The position numbers were made by a program, and so were the translations under genes. The notes under the pieces are model-generated. The model was not told the origin of the DNA and did no database searches. It saw only the letters and a program-made list of their open reading frames with translations. This document shows, one piece after another, positions 30,785-39,931 of a stretch of 64,000 nucleotides of DNA. The stretch is from Candidatus Latescibacterota bacterium (lineage in GTDB: Bacteria; Latescibacterota; UBA2968), in NCBI GenBank assembly GCA_965207885.1, contig OZ242311.1, forward strand, positions 256,001 through 320,000. The letters run 5' to 3'. How positions within the stretch are numbered: position 1 is the stretch's first letter; every line of letters begins with the position of its first letter.

Positions 30785-31770
30785 TTCAAAAACCCCTGAA
30801 CCCGCGGGTGATCAAGCACATCGGTATTCAGCACATCTCTGGGCGTACGACCTTCAAGCGCGTCAATAATTTGCTCCACACAACACTCGTCAAGCCGAAT
30901 AGCGGATTCCACAGTAATGCCCGCGTTGTGATTGGTACAGATAATGCGGGGGTGGTCTTTGTGAATCGCACGCGTCTGATTAACCGGATCATCGACGAGA
31001 TAATAATAGAGTCGCTCCTCTTTAATCGCCCGGTTCACCGCCTCGTCATCCACCAGATTGCCACGCGAGGGATTGATCACTGAAGCATGGGGTTTCATCG
31101 CGCAGAGCAAATCGTAGGTCACGACCGTATCATCGCCCGAAAGATGCAGAGAAATCGCATCGCATTCCTCAAAAAGGACGCGGGGATCATCTACCACCTC
31201 GGCATCGTACTGCGCGGCGACCTCGTCAATATCCGGACGGATATCATAGACCAGCAAGCGCCCAGAAGCGCCCAGAAGCGGACGCGCGCGCTCCGCCATC
31301 GCCTGACCGATCCGCCCCAAACCCCAAATACCCAGCGTAGAACCTTCCGCGTCATAAGTCCTGATAATCTCAAAATTCCCCGCATGGCTATTTCGGTTCA
31401 ACGTATAAACGCGCTTCAGCGCGGCCATCCACTGCGCGATCGCAAACTCGGCAACCGTAACCATATGCACGGGAGCAACCGTAACAAGAACACCGCAATC
31501 GGTCGCGCGCGGCACATCCACCTTTTCAAACCCCACACCCCACCGCGCAACAATGCGCAAATCGCGCGCCATCGCGTAAAACTCGGGCGAGAACACAACC
31601 GAATCCGCCAAAACACCCACCACACCCTCGGCGTGTTCAGCACCAAATTCGGACTCAGCGTAAAATTCCACCTCGGCGTAATCGCGCAATCTGTCAATCG
31701 CCCTTGTCCGCTCCTCAGATGCAAACTCGGGACCCTGTAATTTATCTGTAATGAGAATTCTTTGAGCCAT
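30772..31770 (-). CDS. D-isomer-specific 2-hydroxyacid dehydrogenase (SerA-like)
   Basis: ARWGVGFEKVD, GLGRIG, INPSRG and TNHNAG. Confidence 0.88.
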   Translation of the reverse strand: MAQRILITDKLQGPEFASEERTRAIDRLRDYAEVEFYAESEFGAEHAEGVVGVLADSVVFSPEFYAMARDLRIVARWGVGFEKVDVPRATDCGVLVTVAPVHMVTVAEFAIAQWMAALKRVYTLNRNSHAGNFEIIRTYDAEGSTLGIWGLGRIGQAMAERARPLLGASGRLLVYDIRPDIDEVAAQYDAEVVDDPRVLFEECDAISLHLSGDDTVVTYDLLCAMKPHASVINPSRGNLVDDEAVNRAIKEERLYYYLVDDPVNQTRAIHKDHPRIICTNHNAGITVESAIRLDECCVEQIIDALEGRTPRDVLNTDVLDHPRVQGFLKGEV

Positions 31771-31799
31771 AGTACTTGTCCTTAAAATAAAATTTGCCC

Positions 31800-32690
31800 C
31801 TATCCAATCAGCGGCAACAACGTCTCAGCGGTTTTCTCCACCAGAAAAGTGTAAAATTCCTCACTTAACAGACTACTCCCGTGATCCTGAATAAATTTGA
31901 GTTCCTCGGGTGTAATATCAACGGGATTGGTCTCCACCGCATTGGGATATTCATTCGCAGGCGTTCGGTCAATTGGCGCGACAAATTCCACCGTCAGCGC
32001 GTCATCATAACCCACCTCTTTGAGCGTCGCGACCAATTTTGCCCAATCCCAGTTCCCCAGCCCACACGCCATGCGATTGTTATCCGCCACGTGAAAATCC
32101 ACCAGCCGGTCGCCGGCATCTCGGATAGCTTGATACGGGTCTGCCTCTTCGATATTGATATGAAAAGCATCTAAACACACCCCGCAATTCGCACCCGTCG
32201 CCTCTGATAGGGCAAGCGCCTGAGCACCCCGGGTAATAAAATACGTCTCAAACCGATTGATGGGTTCAATCGCCAGGCGAACCCCCTCTCTTTCGGAATG
32301 ATCGTAAACCTCCTGCATGCCCGCCACAGCCCATTGCCATTCCTCATCGGGTGTGGCATCCGGTTCGATTTTTCCCACAGTAGCCGGCACCACAGTCAGC
32401 TCGTACCCATCGAGTTCCTTAACCATCGTAACACAGTCCTTGACGTATTGCACGGATTGTGCCCGAATCCCCGCATCTTTGGCCAGCATATTGCGGTCAC
32501 CCATCATCAACGTCACCGCCCCCCAGCAGCGGATATTGTACTCATTGAGCAAAGCACGCACTTCTGACGTATCATACCGCTCGGGTTCACCGCTAAGCTC
32601 AATACTCTCGTACCCAAATTTTGCCAACCTCTCAAGCGTAACTTCGAGAGACTCCGAGCGCATCCAATTGTGCATAGATAAGTGCATCAT
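31800..32690 (-). CDS. Sugar phosphate isomerase/epimerase (ketose 3-epimerase-like)
   Basis: IEPINRFE, LDAFHINIEE, HVADNNR and TVEF. Confidence 0.88.
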   Translation of the reverse strand: MMHLSMHNWMRSESLEVTLERLAKFGYESIELSGEPERYDTSEVRALLNEYNIRCWGAVTLMMGDRNMLAKDAGIRAQSVQYVKDCVTMVKELDGYELTVVPATVGKIEPDATPDEEWQWAVAGMQEVYDHSEREGVRLAIEPINRFETYFITRGAQALALSEATGANCGVCLDAFHINIEEADPYQAIRDAGDRLVDFHVADNNRMACGLGNWDWAKLVATLKEVGYDDALTVEFVAPIDRTPANEYPNAVETNPVDITPEELKFIQDHGSSLLSEEFYTFLVEKTAETLLPLIG

Positions 32691-33508
32691 CAACCTCCCG
32701 GAACAATAAGATCCGGCGTATTTTCAACGCGCCCCCACCAGAGAGAGAGATCAAAAGTGGGATCGCCAGTGAGAAAACGCCAGAACTTAATGCGATTCAT
32801 AAGTTCAATGCGATGGCGTTGCCCATGCCGGGGAATCTTCTGATTGAGTTTCTGTTTAACCTCGGGACTATCGAGATCGTCGGTATTCCACAGGCGCTGT
32901 TGGCGAACCGTGGGATTGAGGCGGAGCTTAAACATATACCGATCTCTATCGGTAAAATTGCTCCTCGCCGAATGCCATATATTGGTATGCCAGAAAAACA
33001 TCGTCCCCGCCTCGCAAACCGCCTGCACCTGTCCTATGATATTTTGATAGCGTTTGATCTCGGCTTCGTGAACCCGGCGAAATTGCGTGCCCGGCACAAA
33101 AAGCGTACCCCCGCTTTCCAGCGGTGTATCTTCTGGAAAAAAGGAAATTTGAATGTCGAAATGCAAATCGCGAATATCGTATTCGGCATCCTGATGCAAA
33201 TTGGCACCCTTGCGCGTATTTGCCGGCGTAAGGTGCGCCGCGTGATGATCGTATCGCGGATTGGGACCCACCAGACTGTGAATAATCGCTGCCACTTTGG
33301 GCAGGCGAAAAACCTTGCCAATAGCTTCATCGGGCCAAACCTCGTTAAAAGACGCGCCCATCGGAGCGCGGCGTCTAATCTTGCCCGCACTCATCTCTTC
33401 GTATGCGGCTTCGCAGAGTTCCCGCGGCACCAGATTGTCAAAACGCAAAAAACCCGTGCTTGCGAACTGCGCCATTTCCACAGACGTGAGCAAAAGATTC
33501 TTATCCAT
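32690..33508 (-). CDS. PhyH-like Fe(II)/2-oxoglutarate dioxygenase
   Basis: HQD, GGTLFVPGT and AGT...WH motifs. Confidence 0.85.
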   Translation of the reverse strand: MDKNLLLTSVEMAQFASTGFLRFDNLVPRELCEAAYEEMSAGKIRRRAPMGASFNEVWPDEAIGKVFRLPKVAAIIHSLVGPNPRYDHHAAHLTPANTRKGANLHQDAEYDIRDLHFDIQISFFPEDTPLESGGTLFVPGTQFRRVHEAEIKRYQNIIGQVQAVCEAGTMFFWHTNIWHSARSNFTDRDRYMFKLRLNPTVRQQRLWNTDDLDSPEVKQKLNQKIPRHGQRHRIELMNRIKFWRFLTGDPTFDLSLWWGRVENTPDLIVPGG

Positions 33509-33791
33509 TCATCGCCTCCATTTTTTCCAGGACAAATTCAAAATCGAGATAATCGTTTTCGTATTCGCGCCCAACTTGCGGTGCTTTGATAAAAGGCACC
33601 TGAATAACGCGCCAGCCATCGCGCATCGCATCCAGCACAGAATTATAAGGCGGCTCGGCATCTTCACCTGCAGCCTCAAACATCTCATCAGTCGTCCCAT
33701 CGTAATACGACCAACCAACAACTTCACTCTCCAAACTGGAATTGCCCAGATAGAGAAAGAGAAGTTTTTGTCTCAGTTGTGTTTCGGGCAT
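33501..33791 (-). CDS. Small hypothetical protein coupled to the PhyH gene
   Basis: GAGGAGG RBS; overlaps the PhyH start. Confidence 0.7.
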   Translation of the reverse strand: MPETQLRQKLLFLYLGNSSLESEVVGWSYYDGTTDEMFEAAGEDAEPPYNSVLDAMRDGWRVIQVPFIKAPQVGREYENDYLDFEFVLEKMEAMNG

Positions 33792-33852
33792 TCACACCCT
33801 CCTCATTTTAAAATGAATATACGGCATACAACAAAAATTTGTCCATATTGAT

Positions 33853-34659
33853 TTATATGAGACCGCCCAGGTCGAGCATATCGCGCGTAATAAGCGGATC
33901 GCCCAGAGGACGGGTGAGAAAGGGACCGTGATAATCTGAACCACCGGAAATAAGCAGATCGTTTTGCTTGCAAAAATCAATATAGTACCTGGTATCAGAA
34001 AGATCATTTACCGAAGGCGAGTAGCACTCGATACCCGCGATGCCAAAGTCGCGCCATTGCATGAGTTGATCTCTGGACATCCGTTCGCCGCCCTGATACA
34101 CATTGGGATGCGCGAGAAAGGGGAAGCCACCAGCGTGTTTGACCGTCTGGATAACGATCTCAGGCGGAGGGCATTCAACGCGCATATTCAGGTGCTGAGT
34201 AATCGCGAAGTACCCGGGAATATCATTGATGATACCCTGGTCAATGAGGAAATTTAACGACTTCCAGCCGCCGCGTATCGGGTCATAAGTATAGGATTCG
34301 TACTGTTCAAAATTGATGCGCGCGTCTTGTTCAGCCAGCAGGCAAACCGTCTCTCGATTGAGGGCGGCGCGCTCCTCGCGGTTGTATGAGAGAAGAGATT
34401 GAAGACCCGAGTGCTCAAAGTCAATGCCATAGCAGGTAATGTGATATTCGCGATCGTACAGGGTCGAGATTTCAACGCCGGAGATACAGTGCATACCACG
34501 CGCTTCGGCTTCGGAAATCATAGGTTGGCTATTCTGGGTCGTATCGTGATCGGTAACCGCAAAAATCGTGATATTGTATTCGGCGAGCAGATTGAGGAGT
34601 TCAGACCGCGTCCATGCACCATCAGAAGCGGTCGTGTGCATGTGGAGATCAATATACAT
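33853..34659 (-). CDS. PHP-domain phosphoesterase
   Basis: DLHMHTTASDG, VTDHD, GVEIS, LAHP and GGSDYHG. Confidence 0.92.
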   Translation of the reverse strand: MYIDLHMHTTASDGAWTRSELLNLLAEYNITIFAVTDHDTTQNSQPMISEAEARGMHCISGVEISTLYDREYHITCYGIDFEHSGLQSLLSYNREERAALNRETVCLLAEQDARINFEQYESYTYDPIRGGWKSLNFLIDQGIINDIPGYFAITQHLNMRVECPPPEIVIQTVKHAGGFPFLAHPNVYQGGERMSRDQLMQWRDFGIAGIECYSPSVNDLSDTRYYIDFCKQNDLLISGGSDYHGPFLTRPLGDPLITRDMLDLGGLI

Positions 34660-34670
34660 GCAGGTTATTC

Positions 34671-34976
34671 CTATAGCTCATAATCAAACACCAGCACATC
34701 ATCGACAATTGGACGTATAAAAGTCTGGCTAAGTGCTTTGTGATCCGGATGCGGCAAATAGAAATCTCGCGCAACCTCATCCGTAAACCGAATAATAAAC
34801 CCCCAGTCATAGCCGTAATTTTTCCCCTCCGGGCTATTATTATATCCCGCAGTAATCTCCTCCATACCCGGAATACTCCCCTTTTCTTTAAGCGCAATCA
34901 GACCATCGTGGAGCGCCCGGGTCTGTTCCCGCGTAACCCCATCTTTGAGCTTGAGAAGAACAATATGATCTATCAT
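34671..34976 (-). CDS. Dabb family stress-responsive A/B barrel protein
   Basis: MIDHIVLLK...YLPHPDH...FDY. Confidence 0.88.
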   Translation of the reverse strand: MIDHIVLLKLKDGVTREQTRALHDGLIALKEKGSIPGMEEITAGYNNSPEGKNYGYDWGFIIRFTDEVARDFYLPHPDHKALSQTFIRPIVDDVLVFDYEL

Positions 34977-34987
34977 AAAAAATCCTT

Positions 34988-37375
34988 TCACGTTACTGCG
35001 CGTTCCCGACGCAAACTGTAAACACACCACAGAACAAGCGCGTAAGCCACAGCGGCAATAAAAAAATTGACAGATATCCAAAATATAATAGAAACAAACA
35101 CAGATAGAGCAGCACACAGCACACCCATAATCCCGTTTAGTGCCCAGAACCACGGCGTATCGTCTTCATAATTAGTCTGAACCAGACGCATACCCGTCGG
35201 AAAAAACAGCCCCATAAGCATCCCCACGGGAAAAATCACCAGAACAGACACCAGTATTTTTGTCGTCGTATCCTCAGCCATCATGTGAGACAACAAATAG
35301 TGGAGAACCGTATTGAGAGCAACAACACTCACCGCCGTTATAACTGGAAAAACATAAATCCACGGCCTTCGCGTAAGCGGAAGATGATCGCTTACAAAAC
35401 TGCCCATACCCGTACTCGCAATAAGCGTAAACAGCAATATACCCAGCGAATAGATGGGGTGTCCAGTAAATACGTTGAGCCGTTGAATCAGGGCAATCTC
35501 CACAAACATAAAAGCCGAACCAATAAGAGAAAAATACAGTGCGCCGAACCAGAAACCGCGTGTTCGCATCAACGTTGTGGGTCTATGGGCAAGCCACAAA
35601 GGCACGCCAATCGTCGCAACAGCGAGCACTCCGAGCACAATCAAAAGCACGAGAAGTGTAGCCAGTGCTCTCAAATTCCCGCTGATAACGCCCTCTTTCA
35701 AGCTCAGCGCAGTCCCTATGTGATTCAACTTCAACATATTAAAAAAATACGGATTGTCATCCGTCGGCGGGCTGTAGTCCAATTCAGCTTGCGCCACAGC
35801 CTCTGCGAGTTGCTCTGTGGATTGGGCAGATAAAATCTGTCTCAAAATGGGTTCGGCAGGCAAATGATCGGGCACATGCACAATCTGATATTGCAATTCC
35901 TCGCACACCTGTCTCAACCGGTTGATATCCCCCTCACCCAGCGGCTGCCGACAAATCAGCAAAGTCGAAATATTGCCTATTGTAATAAGCGCCATATGAT
36001 CGGCTGGTCTTTTTACATCCAGCCGCAAAAGCGACTCAACGCCCAGACTCAGAACGCGACCGGTTTCCCCAATATGTTCGGCACTGTACCAGCGCGACAC
36101 CGTAAAAACACCGTCCTCTGTCAGGCGGCTGAGAAATGTCTGCCAGGCCTCCACAGTATAGAGCGCATTTTCAGACAGAGAAAATGCGCCCGCGCCTGTC
36201 GCTGCCCAGGTATCGATCAACGCCATCTGAATAACGGAAAACTGCGCGCGACTCTGCGACAAAAAACTGCGTGCATCATCCACCACAAAAGTCACATCAT
36301 CCCGATTGGCAAGCCCAGCAAAATCGCGAAACTCATTCTGAAGCAAATCGACAAAAATCGGATTGACCTCAATACCCAGAACAGCGTCGTGACCAAAAAA
36401 GAGCGCACTCTGGATATCCTTCCCCCCGCCCACGCCAATAATACAGGCATTACCCCGTCTATTGAGATAATACCCCACATTTGTGATATCATAACGCAGA
36501 TGTTCAATATCTCTGAGCGAAGCAAACGATCTAATAGCCGTACCCGCTGCACCGTCAATCGTCATCCCATGAAAAAAGATCTTCTCAACCCCTGCTATGG
36601 GACTGCCACCCCAGAGTGGCGGAGGCAAATATTGCTGGCGATAGACAACAACCCGCGAAAAGGAATTCCACCGCTCTAAAATTTGATAGCTAAGCCTTTG
36701 AAACTTCTCCTTCACAAACATCGGGCGAACACCATACGGGGTCTGCGCATTGAGAATCCCCAACAAAAAAAACAGCAACGCGAACGCGATATAACGACGA
36801 ACAGACCGAGATTGTGCAACACGGGCAAAACACGCACCCGCCAGCGCGCCAATACCGCTACACCACAACATCAGACTCGGCGCATCGACTATTTCGAGAC
36901 CTCCCAACACAATCAGACAACCAGCAGAAGCACCTGTTAAATCACTGGCATAAAGCCTGCCAATCGGCGCATTGAATCGCGTCAACACAGTCGTAATAAC
37001 CAGACCCGCATAATAAAACGGCCAGGCGCAGACCAGCGTCGCTACAAAAAGCACGATCAAGCTCAGAATACTTCTGTAAAACCCAATAGGCAGAACGCAC
37101 AAAAGGATCAGAGACGCGGGAATAGACAGCGCAAACCCGACACATGCCCGGGTAATCGCTTCGATCTTATTCTCACCATCAAAGCGACCTCTTTGCACAT
37201 AGACCTGAATAGCCCCCGCGGTCATACCCAGCATGGCAATGGAAATCGAAAAAAATGCCAGATGGTACCAGGTAATAACACTCAGCAGACGCACCAGAAC
37301 AATCTGGATCGCCAGCGACGCCAAAGCGATCAAAAAAAGCCCGAAATAAGCTGCGATTGAACGTTCGTTTTTCAT
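34988..37375 (-). CDS. Membrane-anchored spermidine-synthase-like SAM-dependent protein
   Basis: TM blocks flank IIGVGGG, GIEVNP, DDARSF, ENALYTVEA and TDDNPYFF. Confidence 0.85.
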   Translation of the reverse strand: MKNERSIAAYFGLFLIALASLAIQIVLVRLLSVITWYHLAFFSISIAMLGMTAGAIQVYVQRGRFDGENKIEAITRACVGFALSIPASLILLCVLPIGFYRSILSLIVLFVATLVCAWPFYYAGLVITTVLTRFNAPIGRLYASDLTGASAGCLIVLGGLEIVDAPSLMLWCSGIGALAGACFARVAQSRSVRRYIAFALLFFLLGILNAQTPYGVRPMFVKEKFQRLSYQILERWNSFSRVVVYRQQYLPPPLWGGSPIAGVEKIFFHGMTIDGAAGTAIRSFASLRDIEHLRYDITNVGYYLNRRGNACIIGVGGGKDIQSALFFGHDAVLGIEVNPIFVDLLQNEFRDFAGLANRDDVTFVVDDARSFLSQSRAQFSVIQMALIDTWAATGAGAFSLSENALYTVEAWQTFLSRLTEDGVFTVSRWYSAEHIGETGRVLSLGVESLLRLDVKRPADHMALITIGNISTLLICRQPLGEGDINRLRQVCEELQYQIVHVPDHLPAEPILRQILSAQSTEQLAEAVAQAELDYSPPTDDNPYFFNMLKLNHIGTALSLKEGVISGNLRALATLLVLLIVLGVLAVATIGVPLWLAHRPTTLMRTRGFWFGALYFSLIGSAFMFVEIALIQRLNVFTGHPIYSLGILLFTLIASTGMGSFVSDHLPLTRRPWIYVFPVITAVSVVALNTVLHYLLSHMMAEDTTTKILVSVLVIFPVGMLMGLFFPTGMRLVQTNYEDDTPWFWALNGIMGVLCAALSVFVSIIFWISVNFFIAAVAYALVLWCVYSLRRERAVT

Positions 37376-37499
37376 AAGCTATAGAAATTCATCCATATAA
37401 TGTAGGGGGGGTGCTCCCGTGCTCGGCCAGAGTTCCGTCTATTCGTCCCGAAGGTACACCCATTCGGCGAAATCATCAAGTTCAATACAGGCATTCTTC

Positions 37500-37933
37500 A
37501 CTTTCCTGTAGGAAGCCACGTCCTTTGGGCGTGGTCAGAGATAGTTGGCTTTGCCGTTAAGCCGTTTTGTGGGTATATTTCGCAGGTGCTATCGTAGCGC
37601 ACACAAAGGCACTCTCTTTTGAGAGTAAACGGTTTCGGTGTGGGAGAGCACACAAAACCCTCTCTGTGATGTTAGTTGAGAGGCAGATTTGGCAACAACA
37701 GCGGTATGGATTGCGGTTGTGTTGTCGTCAAATCTGATGGGCACAGTTAGGGGCCTGACCTCCCAAACCTGCGGTAGCAATCCGCTGCTGTCAACTGCCC
37801 TGAAGTCTCGCCACGCAGTGAGCGGTTTAAACCTAAGCCCTTGCTCGGATATGCTGCATTGCCTCCAATGGGTGGGTCAAGCACCTGGGGGTGTGGCAGG
37901 GACAAGCCACCTGCTCAGCAGGTGGTGGTTGAC
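37500..37933 (+). mobile_element. Non-autonomous, ORF-less IS200/IS605 derivative
   Basis: Left hairpin GCCACGTCCTTTGGGCGTGGT (37515-37535) and right hairpin GCCACCTGCTCAGCAGGTGGT followed by GGTTGAC (to 37933). The left boundary is approximate. Confidence 0.7.
37785..37933 (+). ncRNA. Putative TnpB-type omega-RNA scaffold without tnpB
   Basis: GTCAAC (37790-37795) is complementary to the terminal GTTGAC, and GGGACAAGCC precedes the right-end hairpin. Confidence 0.5.
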
Positions 37934-37941
37934 ACTTCCCC

Positions 37942-37970
37942 TTGACAGCCCCAATCCGCAGACCTATATA
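37942..37970 (+). promoter_or_regulatory. Sigma70 promoter, leaderless, for the membrane protein cluster
   Basis: TTGACA-17 bp-TATATA, with the ATG at 37977. Confidence 0.65.
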
Positions 37971-37976
37971 GGTGTC

Positions 37977-39923
37977 ATGGCTGAAGTCGCTCAAGAACAC
38001 CGACAAAAAGACCCCACTGCACGCGCATTGACCTATAAGTCAATCATCCTGGGACTAACACTTGTACTCGTAGCCGCGCTCGGTGGATTTTACGCACGGC
38101 ACATCTTGCACACAACGCGGCTGGCGCAAAATCACCTGTCCCTCGCCGTGGTATTTCCCTTTGCGATAACCGTCGTATTCTTGCGACACTATCTCAAGCT
38201 CAATCGGGGCGAACTGCTCGTCATCTTCTCAATGGGCCTGATCGCCTCAACCCTGCCAACGTATTTCTTGAGCCGATTAATCGCCAGCTTTTGCGTACCG
38301 TATTATCTTGCTGACCCCACAAATCGATGGGGTGAATTTACACACGACTATCTGCCATCCTGGGCCGTAATTGAACCCGGCCCGGCATTGACGTGGTTCT
38401 TCGAGGGCTTGCCGCGTGGCTCGCCTGTTCCATGGGAAGTGTGGATCGGACCTTTATTCTGGTGGTTGAGCCTGCTCGCCGCACTCTGCGCGGTCTTGTT
38501 GTGTACAGCGGTAATCCTGCGCAAGCAATGGATCGAATACGAGCGACTCGACTACGCCCTCATGGAATTGCCCCTCGCAATGGTCGAGGAAGGCGATACA
38601 CCATCCCGATTGCCGCCATTCATGCGCTCGCCGCTCTTCTGGATGGGCTTTTCCTTTTCGATCTTCGGAATCTTGTGGAACATCGTATCCTATTTTAATC
38701 CCACATTTCCCGTATTTCCCTGGCGATTTGAAGCCATATCCTTCGGGCGAGATTTTCAGGCAATTCGCATGAACCTCTACTGGCCCATTGTGGGATTTGC
38801 CTACTTTATCAACTTAGACGTCTCGTTTAGCATCTGCTTCTTTTATTTTTTAGCAGTCATTGAAGAGGGATTATTCAACCGGTTTGGCGTCATAATTTCA
38901 GAAGCGAACTTCTGCGGCACCTCCTTTGTACCCGTGGGCTGGCAAATGATCGGCGTGTGGTTTACCGTCGTAGGCTGGGGACTTTGGATTGCACGATCGC
39001 ATTTGCGCGATGTCTTTCGCAAAGCATTCAAAGGCGATGCAAAAATCGATGACTCAGACGAATTGCTCTCCTATCGGGGTGCTGTCTTCGGCTTATTGGG
39101 CGGGCTGCTCTACATGGCCTGCTGGTTTTACGCCTCGGGCATGGCCCTGTGGGTAATCGCAGTATTCCTCATCGTCATGATGGTCGTCTATATCGGAATC
39201 TCGCGCATCATCGCCGAAACCGGCGTCATCACCATCCGCGCCGTCATGGTACCGCAAACATTTATCATGTTCACATTTGGCACCACGCGACTATCTGCAC
39301 AAACCATGGTCGCACTCGGCATGTCATTTGGCTGGTGCGGCGACATGAAAACAACACTCATGCCCGCCTTGACCCACTCCGTCCGTCTATTTGACACCAT
39401 TCAACATCACAAACGGCAACTCGTCTGGGCCATATGTCTGGCAATGGGCGTGGGCATTGTCGCATCCTGTTTGTATATCATATCAATGGGGTACGAAGGT
39501 GGCGCGGGCAATTACGGATCGCAAATCTCCGGAGGCTTAGCGCGCGGACCCTGGGATTTTGTGGTCAAATACGCAAGAGACCCCGTCAATCCCGACTGGC
39601 GCAAAATGGCTTTTTTCACCAGCGGCATCGCCTTCGCTGCCCTCCTGTACTTCTTGCGTTACCGCTACACCTGGTGGCCTCTGCACCCACTGGGACTGGC
39701 AACCGGGCCTGCGTATCCCGTGACTCATGTAATCTTCCCCATTTTCCTCGGCTGGTTGAGCAAACTCGCGATTCTGCGTTTTGGCGGCAGCAGAACCTAT
39801 CGCAGTGCCCGACCCTTCTTCCTCGGATTGATAATGGGATACTACGTTGGTGCAGGCATCTCGTTCTTTGTCGATATGATCTGGTTCTACGGGCAAGGCC
39901 ACGGCGTCCCGTTTTCCGATTGA
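37977..39923 (+). CDS. Large polytopic membrane protein (DUF6785/DUF6784-like putative transporter)
   Basis: ELLVIFSMGL, LRKQWIEYERL and WWPLHP; many TM segments. The start was moved from 37689 because the upstream frame runs through the IS remnant. Confidence 0.8.
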   Translation: MAEVAQEHRQKDPTARALTYKSIILGLTLVLVAALGGFYARHILHTTRLAQNHLSLAVVFPFAITVVFLRHYLKLNRGELLVIFSMGLIASTLPTYFLSRLIASFCVPYYLADPTNRWGEFTHDYLPSWAVIEPGPALTWFFEGLPRGSPVPWEVWIGPLFWWLSLLAALCAVLLCTAVILRKQWIEYERLDYALMELPLAMVEEGDTPSRLPPFMRSPLFWMGFSFSIFGILWNIVSYFNPTFPVFPWRFEAISFGRDFQAIRMNLYWPIVGFAYFINLDVSFSICFFYFLAVIEEGLFNRFGVIISEANFCGTSFVPVGWQMIGVWFTVVGWGLWIARSHLRDVFRKAFKGDAKIDDSDELLSYRGAVFGLLGGLLYMACWFYASGMALWVIAVFLIVMMVVYIGISRIIAETGVITIRAVMVPQTFIMFTFGTTRLSAQTMVALGMSFGWCGDMKTTLMPALTHSVRLFDTIQHHKRQLVWAICLAMGVGIVASCLYIISMGYEGGAGNYGSQISGGLARGPWDFVVKYARDPVNPDWRKMAFFTSGIAFAALLYFLRYRYTWWPLHPLGLATGPAYPVTHVIFPIFLGWLSKLAILRFGGSRTYRSARPFFLGLIMGYYVGAGISFFVDMIWFYGQGHGVPFSD

Positions 39924-39931
39924 TTTAAGCT

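Noticed and set aside
37401-37430. GTAG-type REP sequence
   Set aside because: A single degenerate copy with a weak palindrome, and no RAYT gene in the window.
37689-37976. 96-aa N-terminal extension of the membrane protein in the ORF track
   Set aside because: It runs through the IS200/IS605 remnant, the paralog lacks it, and a promoter sits just before the ATG at 37977.
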